Source: a virus
Direction: 5' to 3' (one strand)
Virus record (IMG/VR): IMGVR_UViG_3300033388_006651
Location: 1-64,000 of that record
Length of the DNA: 64,000 nucleotides
How positions within the stretch are numbered: the first letter of the stretch is position 1; every line of letters begins with the position of its first letter. Below, piece by piece: positions 59,116-64,000 of this stretch. Both the position numbers and the translations under genes were made by a program. The notes under the pieces are model-generated. The model did no database searches. It saw nothing but the letters and a program-made list of their open reading frames with translations, and had not been told where the DNA came from.

Positions 59116-59367
59116 ATGGCTGATGCACCCAAAAAAAAACTCGCCGACCTTTGGAACGACTACGCGACCAAAGTGCTCCCTGCAAATGCTATCCCGGTCC
59201 AGGTGATCCAGTTGAGGAGGGCGTTCTACGCTGGGGCCTATGCCACCCTCACCGAACTGGTGAGTCAGGTTGGGGATGAAGAAGATGCGAACTTCGACAT
59301 GCTGGGCGGGTTCTTTCAAGAAGCCGAAGAGTTCTTCGTTTCCCAGATCAAAGGCGCTTCGGCTTAG
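59116..59367 (+). CDS. Hypothetical phage protein
   Basis: RRAFYAGA motif. Tight operon packing. Confidence 0.6.
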   Translation: MADAPKKKLADLWNDYATKVLPANAIPVQVIQLRRAFYAGAYATLTELVSQVGDEEDANFDMLGGFFQEAEEFFVSQIKGASA

Positions 59368-59372
59368 TTTTC

Positions 59373-60212
59373 ATGGCCCAGAAGATGTGGCTGGTCCCGG
59401 CCCTCGACGGGCTCATAGATTTGAACGACGACTCGGTTGACCTCATTGTCACCGATCCGCCGTACGACACGCTCGAGAAATGGCGCAACATGGGGACGAC
59501 GACCCGGCTCAAGAAGTCGAAGCAGTCGAGCAACGAGTGGTTCCCGACGTTGACTTTTGCCGAGCTCGAGAAGGTCTTCGTCGAGTGTTTCCGGGTCCTC
59601 AAGAAGGGCACGCACATGTACATCCTGTGCGACGAGGAGACGGGTGACGCGCTCAAGCCCATCCTCAAGGCGATTGGGTTTGACATGCGCAAGAGCCTGA
59701 TCTGGCACAAGGTCGGCAAACGTATCGGGGTCGATGTGGACTGCCCTCGCTGTGGCGAGTACGAGATGGACGACCACACACCCGGGACACCCGGCATGGG
59801 TTACCCGTACCGCAGCCAGTGGGAGATGGTGCTGCTCGCCCAGAAGGGCAAGCGCAAGCCTCCCGAGAACCGATCAGTCCGCAACGTGTTGACCGTGCCG
59901 TGGATCAAGCGTAAAGGCGCTTACCCCACCCAGAAGCCTCATGAACTTGCTCAAACTTTCATAACTCAGAGTAGCTCACCAGGAGATTTGGTGTTGGATC
60001 CCTTCGCGGGATCCTGTTCGACTGGTTACGCGGCTTTTTTGGAAGGCCGGGATTTTTTGGGATTCGACATCAGTGAAAAAGCCGTTAAGTTTGCCCGGGA
60101 GTGGCAATCCTCGTGGCTCAAGATTGAGGCTGAAAACATCCCAGAATCCCCTGGGACCCCGTCTATCCTGGATCTGTTTGGAGCGCCCGAAGAATCCGCT
60201 GACGACACATAG
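59373..60212 (+). CDS. Beta-class DNA amino-methyltransferase (DPPY, likely N6-adenine)
   Basis: VDLIVTDPPY, RVLKKG, YPTQKP and VLDPFAGS. Confidence 0.88.
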   Translation: MAQKMWLVPALDGLIDLNDDSVDLIVTDPPYDTLEKWRNMGTTTRLKKSKQSSNEWFPTLTFAELEKVFVECFRVLKKGTHMYILCDEETGDALKPILKAIGFDMRKSLIWHKVGKRIGVDVDCPRCGEYEMDDHTPGTPGMGYPYRSQWEMVLLAQKGKRKPPENRSVRNVLTVPWIKRKGAYPTQKPHELAQTFITQSSSPGDLVLDPFAGSCSTGYAAFLEGRDFLGFDISEKAVKFAREWQSSWLKIEAENIPESPGTPSILDLFGAPEESADDT

Positions 60213-61059
60213 TCGAGTCTTTTTTCATTTCGGATTCCCACACGCGTACCGTAGTGAACCCGCACGCGGTCATGTAGGCGTCCTGTGCTTTGTCCCAGTT
60301 GCGTTGGCGTTGTTGCCGAGCGCTGGGATTCGGGTAGCGAACCGGATTTGCGTGCCAGTAGTCGCCGTCGAATTCAATGACCAGGGTTTGTCCGGGAACC
60401 CAAGCATCTACGGTGAACCGCCCATTCACGGTATGCTGAGGCTTGTATGAGATCCCGAGATCCTTGAGCATCGTGTAGCAGCGACGTTCAAAATTGTTCG
60501 GCTGACGTTTTTGTTGCTCTGCGTTCATCCGGCGCAGCATAGCGATCCGCTCCGGGTCCCGATCACGGCATTGGAGGGAGCAGTATTTCCGGTTGGAGTG
60601 CGTGGCAGCGGAAGGGGAACACCAAAAGGTCTGTTTACAGATTTTGCAGGTGTACGAAATTTTGTTGCGGCTCTGCCATCGGTCGTGACATGTGGTGGAA
60701 CAAAAGCGGGCAGTTTTTCGAGATTGCGGGACGACAAACTTCGAATTGCATTGTCCGCAGTTTTTTGTGATCTGGTCTTTTCGGTTTTTGAGTGCACATG
60801 AGAGTGTGCAAAACCGACTGCTGTTTCCGCGCCCTGCGGGGATTTCATAGGAGGTTCGGCAACCTTCACATGTCCTTTGTTCTGGTGGTCGTTTTGGACG
60901 GGGTTGACGAGGGCGACGTTGGGTTGGGATCCCCAGTTGGCGCCGCCATCGCATAACCGTGGTCCCAGAGACTCCGAAATGTGTTCCTAAGTCCGTATCC
61001 GAATTGCATTCGTACCTTTCACGCAAGAGCGCTTCGGAGGGCCGCGAGGCTTTGTGCAC
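60163..61059 (-). CDS. HTH, Zn-finger repeats and a Vsr/DUF559-like endonuclease (putative homing endonuclease)
   Basis: Three CxxC...(F/Y)CxxxC repeats. C-terminal FTVDAW....LVIEFDGDYWHANP...RVWE. Confidence 0.75.
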   Translation of the reverse strand: MHKASRPSEALLRERYECNSDTDLGTHFGVSGTTVMRWRRQLGIPTQRRPRQPRPKRPPEQRTCEGCRTSYEIPAGRGNSSRFCTLSCALKNRKDQITKNCGQCNSKFVVPQSRKTARFCSTTCHDRWQSRNKISYTCKICKQTFWCSPSAATHSNRKYCSLQCRDRDPERIAMLRRMNAEQQKRQPNNFERRCYTMLKDLGISYKPQHTVNGRFTVDAWVPGQTLVIEFDGDYWHANPVRYPNPSARQQRQRNWDKAQDAYMTACGFTTVRVWESEMKKDSTMCRQRILRALQTDPG

Positions 61060-61115
61060 GAAGTTATCTTACCTGGATATGCTCTGATCGGTAGCTCGCC
61101 TATCGTTCCTTCCAA

Positions 61116-61730
61116 GTGAGGATGCAAAGCGTCACTGCCACTCCTGACTTTGTCCCCCATGAAGCGTGGGACCAGTTCGCATGGCTCGTGCCCCACGAGA
61201 CGGGCAAGGAGCCGTGGTTCTACAGGGCGTTCCGGAACAAGCGCCCCAACACGCGGCGTCTTCCTTCGGACCCGAACTTCATGAAGACGGTGGACCCGGA
61301 ACTGCAGCCGCTCGTCGGTTGGCTGCATTCGCGTGGAGTAACCACGGGACCTTCGTGTTCGGGACACGACATCAACAAGCGCGGGTTCCACGAGATCTAC
61401 GCCGGGCTCGAACGCGACGCCACCAAAATCAAGACGGCTGGTCTGACGCTGCAAGATCCGGAGAACGGTCGCGACTACGTGATGCAGGACAACAACTACC
61501 AGCTCCCCTGGGGCTCGTTCGATTCGTTCCGCAAGGTGGCCAACCAGCATCAGCCGGTTGGGTGGCTCCCGTTCTACACGACCGATCTGCGGGCAGGGCT
61601 TGCGTTGGGCACTGGGCCTGGGTTCGAGATCAAAGAGACGGCTCCCGACATGTACGGGATTCGGACGACGGGCGAGAATCCTGACGCATGGCGTCTGGCA
61701 TCGGACGTATTGCATCGCGCCCTTTCGTGA
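61116..61730 (+). CDS. Hypothetical protein
   Basis: Contains a TTGPSCSGH motif. The start may be the ATG at 61122. Confidence 0.6.
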   Translation: MRMQSVTATPDFVPHEAWDQFAWLVPHETGKEPWFYRAFRNKRPNTRRLPSDPNFMKTVDPELQPLVGWLHSRGVTTGPSCSGHDINKRGFHEIYAGLERDATKIKTAGLTLQDPENGRDYVMQDNNYQLPWGSFDSFRKVANQHQPVGWLPFYTTDLRAGLALGTGPGFEIKETAPDMYGIRTTGENPDAWRLASDVLHRALS

Positions 61731-61754
61731 AAAGTCGTTTCGGTAATATGTTGG

Positions 61755-62435
61755 ATGGCTGAAAAGCCCCAACTGGCGCTCCCAGGGATAGTGCCGCCCA
61801 TCGAGCTCCTGTACGAGGACGATGAGGTCATCGAGTTCGTCGAGCACGTTTACGGGGGCGTGGACATGTTCAACATGCCCGCAACGCACTACGGTAAAAC
61901 CGGTCGAAATTGCATCCACTGCAAGGTCATCTTCCTTAAAGCTGGGAAGCCCGAGGCGAAAGTAGGGACCCTCGAGAGCCTCTGGATTTACGAAGATAAT
62001 GCTGGAAAACCCATCCGCTCCAATATCGCGCTATCCTGTCCGGGACCGGGGTGTACGTTGACCGGGGAAGCACTAGAGCGAGCACGCCACAACAAGCAGG
62101 AAATCCGGCACACGAACGAGCAAGTTCACCGGGTCGAGAAGCAGCAGTACGCTCTGGCCGCGGCGATGGAAGGTCGCATCACTCAGCTCGAGCAGGAGAA
62201 CAAGGCACTCAAGGAGCAGGTCGGTCAGGTCACTCAGCTCGACATGAAGGAGTTGGCCGCACACCTTTTCGCGTTGGCCGAGCAAGCCAAGGAGCAAAAG
62301 GCGCTCGAGTCCGTGGAGAGCAAGGGCCGCGTGGTCCAGATCCCGAAGGAGCTTGCCGAGATCATCGACGTGGTGGGGATCCCGGTCGAGGCCGAAATCA
62401 TCGAAAAGGAAGAGGACGATGCTGAACCTGAATGA
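61755..62435 (+). CDS. Hypothetical coiled-coil protein
   Basis: ORF track. E/Q/K-rich C-terminal half. Confidence 0.6.
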   Translation: MAEKPQLALPGIVPPIELLYEDDEVIEFVEHVYGGVDMFNMPATHYGKTGRNCIHCKVIFLKAGKPEAKVGTLESLWIYEDNAGKPIRSNIALSCPGPGCTLTGEALERARHNKQEIRHTNEQVHRVEKQQYALAAAMEGRITQLEQENKALKEQVGQVTQLDMKELAAHLFALAEQAKEQKALESVESKGRVVQIPKELAEIIDVVGIPVEAEIIEKEEDDAEPE

Positions 62436-62964
62436 CACCCCGGATACCGTCCTCGACCTGTGCGAAGGCGAGGCGTCTTTCTTGACGGCCCCGGTGAACA
62501 ACCGGTTCGACGCGTACCGGGAGTACGAAGTGCTGTGGAAGTATCCGCACCGCTTTGGGGGCTACCGTCGGGGGCTGTGGGAGAAGCTCAGGGACTACAT
62601 CGACACGGGGGTGCGGTGGGGCAACGTCCACGATCTGTTCCAAGCCATGACTTTCCTTGGAGGCGACTGGGTTCCCTTTGACATGCCTGCTGCCAAAAAG
62701 ACGTGGGGATGGTCTCGTCCGGACGGCACCGATCGTCAGAGCGTGCTGATCGACATGGTCAAAGAGGGATGGCACGGCACCCGCCAGGACTTTCGCCGGA
62801 ACTGGCACGAGGAAGGTCCCTTGCGCCCTCTGATCGAAACACCAGAGGGACGCAAGGAGATCGCACGCATGTTGACGACAGGCGATCACTGTCTTGAGTT
62901 CAAGGATGGCGAGTTCGTTCCCGCCATCCTCCGACACCTGGGTTACCAGAGCTCGCTGAGGTGA
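62419..62964 (+). CDS. Hypothetical protein
   Basis: ATG at 62419 after GAGGA, in frame with ORF 62353..62964. Confidence 0.6.
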   Translation: MLNLNDTPDTVLDLCEGEASFLTAPVNNRFDAYREYEVLWKYPHRFGGYRRGLWEKLRDYIDTGVRWGNVHDLFQAMTFLGGDWVPFDMPAAKKTWGWSRPDGTDRQSVLIDMVKEGWHGTRQDFRRNWHEEGPLRPLIETPEGRKEIARMLTTGDHCLEFKDGEFVPAILRHLGYQSSLR

Positions 62965-63621
62965 CCCCTCATGTAGAGCTTGGCTCGCATTGTCTTGTCC
63001 GTGTTGTGGTCGTGGACGGTGTCGCGTTGGATGGCGATTGTCCGGACCTTGTCCCCTCGAGCTCCACCACCGATCTGCTTGCGCCGCTTGGAGTTCCGCT
63101 CTTTGACGCGCTTGGTGGTGCCGGCAACCAGCAGTCGAGCCCGTAGGACCTCTCGTGCTGTCTGTCGGTTGATGGGCTGGCTCCGGCCGCCGTCGACCCG
63201 AACTTTGATGCCCGAGGGCCTGTGGACCAGGATGACGCAGGTATCGGTTTTGTTCCGATGCTGGCCGCCGGGCCCACTGCCGCGAGTGAAGGACTCATCC
63301 AGATCGCGCTCGTCGAGCTCGACCTCGTGGGCCTTCGGTTCTTGCAGGACCGCGACCGTCACCGTGCTGGTGTGGACGCGACCTCGCTTTTCGTTGGGTG
63401 GTACGCGTTGGAAACGGTGACCGCCTGCTTCGTGGCAGAACGCAATGTCAGCGTTCTTGCCGGAGATGCGCATCAGCAAAAAGCCGGCGCGCTCCTCTAG
63501 CAGTTCGTGGTCAAAGGTGCTCCAAAGAACAGTACCGGGTGTAGATGCGATACTGTTCCTGGACCAGATTTTTGGCGTCTTCGCCGCCTTCTGCGGCACG
63601 AATTTCTACGAGAATGCTCAT
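62943..63621 (-). CDS. Class I peptide chain release factor-like protein (about 225 aa), expressed via a +1 frameshift
   Basis: ORF1 (63621-63511) reads MSILVEIRAAEGGEDAK...LEHL*. The +1 frame reads DHELLEE...EAGGHRFQRVPPNEKRGRVHTSTVTVAVL...GPGGQHRNKT...RSQ..N...DKVRT. Confidence 0.9.
63510..63525 (-). promoter_or_regulatory. prfB-type programmed +1 ribosomal frameshift cassette
   Basis: The minus strand reads TTG GAG CAC CTT TGA C: an internal SD GGAG, a 3-nt spacer and CUU-UGA-C. Confidence 0.85.
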
Positions 63622-64000
63622 GACTACTGTCTCTTTCAGCCCCGAACAGCATCGCTTTGGCAAGCTCTGCAAACGAGGACACGGTTACGAGGATACTGGA
63701 AAAAGTCTTCGGTTCAAATCGAACGGAAGTTGTGTGATGTGTGTCCGGGAATCGAGCGCTCAGTACCACCAGGAGCACAAGGACGAGATCCACGCTCGGG
63801 CAAAAGGGTGGCGTGCTGAGAACAAAGAATTTCTTCGTGAGAAGATGAAAGGGTACGAGAAACAGTACGGGAAGACCAAACGGGGACAGGAGGTCCGCCT
63901 TCGAGCTCGAAGATCACGGAAAGCCGAGGGACGGGATAAGATCACCCGCGATAAATACCGTCGAACCAAAAAAGGCCGTGAGTCTCAGCGCCGGTGTAAT
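63620..64000 (+). CDS. N-terminal part of a probable HNH-type homing endonuclease (3'-truncated)
   Basis: Open from the ATG at 63620 to the window end: MTTVSF...GKLCKRGH...R...GSCVMC followed by a basic helical region. The nuclease domain lies outside the window. Confidence 0.55.
   Translation, partial: MTTVSFSPEQHRFGKLCKRGHGYEDTGKSLRFKSNGSCVMCVRESSAQYHQEHKDEIHARAKGWRAENKEFLREKMKGYEKQYGKTKRGQEVRLRARRSRKAEGRDKITRDKYRRTKKGRESQRRCN

Noticed and set aside
59131-59139. A9 run as a possible slippery site
   Set aside because: The zero frame gives a complete, plausible protein, and the -1 frame stops after a short non-protein-like stretch.
63513-63599. N-terminus MPQKAAKTPKIWS... given by the ORF track for the release factor
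   Set aside because: It has no similarity to release factors, whereas the overlapping frame from ATG 63621 encodes the conserved EIRAxxGGxxA segment.
1-64000. Stop-codon reassignment, suggested by the presence of a phage release factor
   Set aside because: Genes are full-length and tightly packed under the standard code, and TAA, TAG and TGA all occur as genuine terminators.

Overview
This is a 64-kb, GC-rich, almost entirely plus-strand-coded segment of a large (jumbo-type) dsDNA bacteriophage. A moron-like lipoprotein weakly suggests a myxobacterial host. Positions 1-30.3 kb are a virion module of very large tail/baseplate-type proteins. It is interrupted by an HNH and a LAGLIDADG homing endonuclease and by the antisense lipoprotein, and it ends at a holin-like gene and a rho-independent terminator. 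Positions 30.4-64 kb hold a GroEL-like chaperonin, a peptidoglycan-binding protein, a SNF2 helicase with two inteins, a DnaB-like helicase with a degenerate loader-like gene, an NAD-dependent ligase, PspC, a stand-alone CHC2 zinc finger, a family A DNA polymerase, several beta-class amino-methyltransferase genes or fragments, two Vsr/DUF559-like endonucleases and many hypothetical genes. The main finding is at 63621-62943 (-): a minimal, RF1-like class I release factor (GGQ; PPN in place of PxT; no domain 1). Its gene is broken by a textbook prfB-type +1 frameshift cassette (GGAG-CAC-CTT-TGA-C) that the ORF track missed, so it is apparently a UGA-termination-sensing phage release factor. The second finding is a methyltransferase cluster (42.3-45.9 kb) in which the catalytic DPPY half, the SAM-binding half and a duplicated middle module sit in separate genes, two of them with frame disruptions. 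No rRNA, tRNA or CRISPR array was recognised. All family calls come from motif recognition by eye, not database searches.
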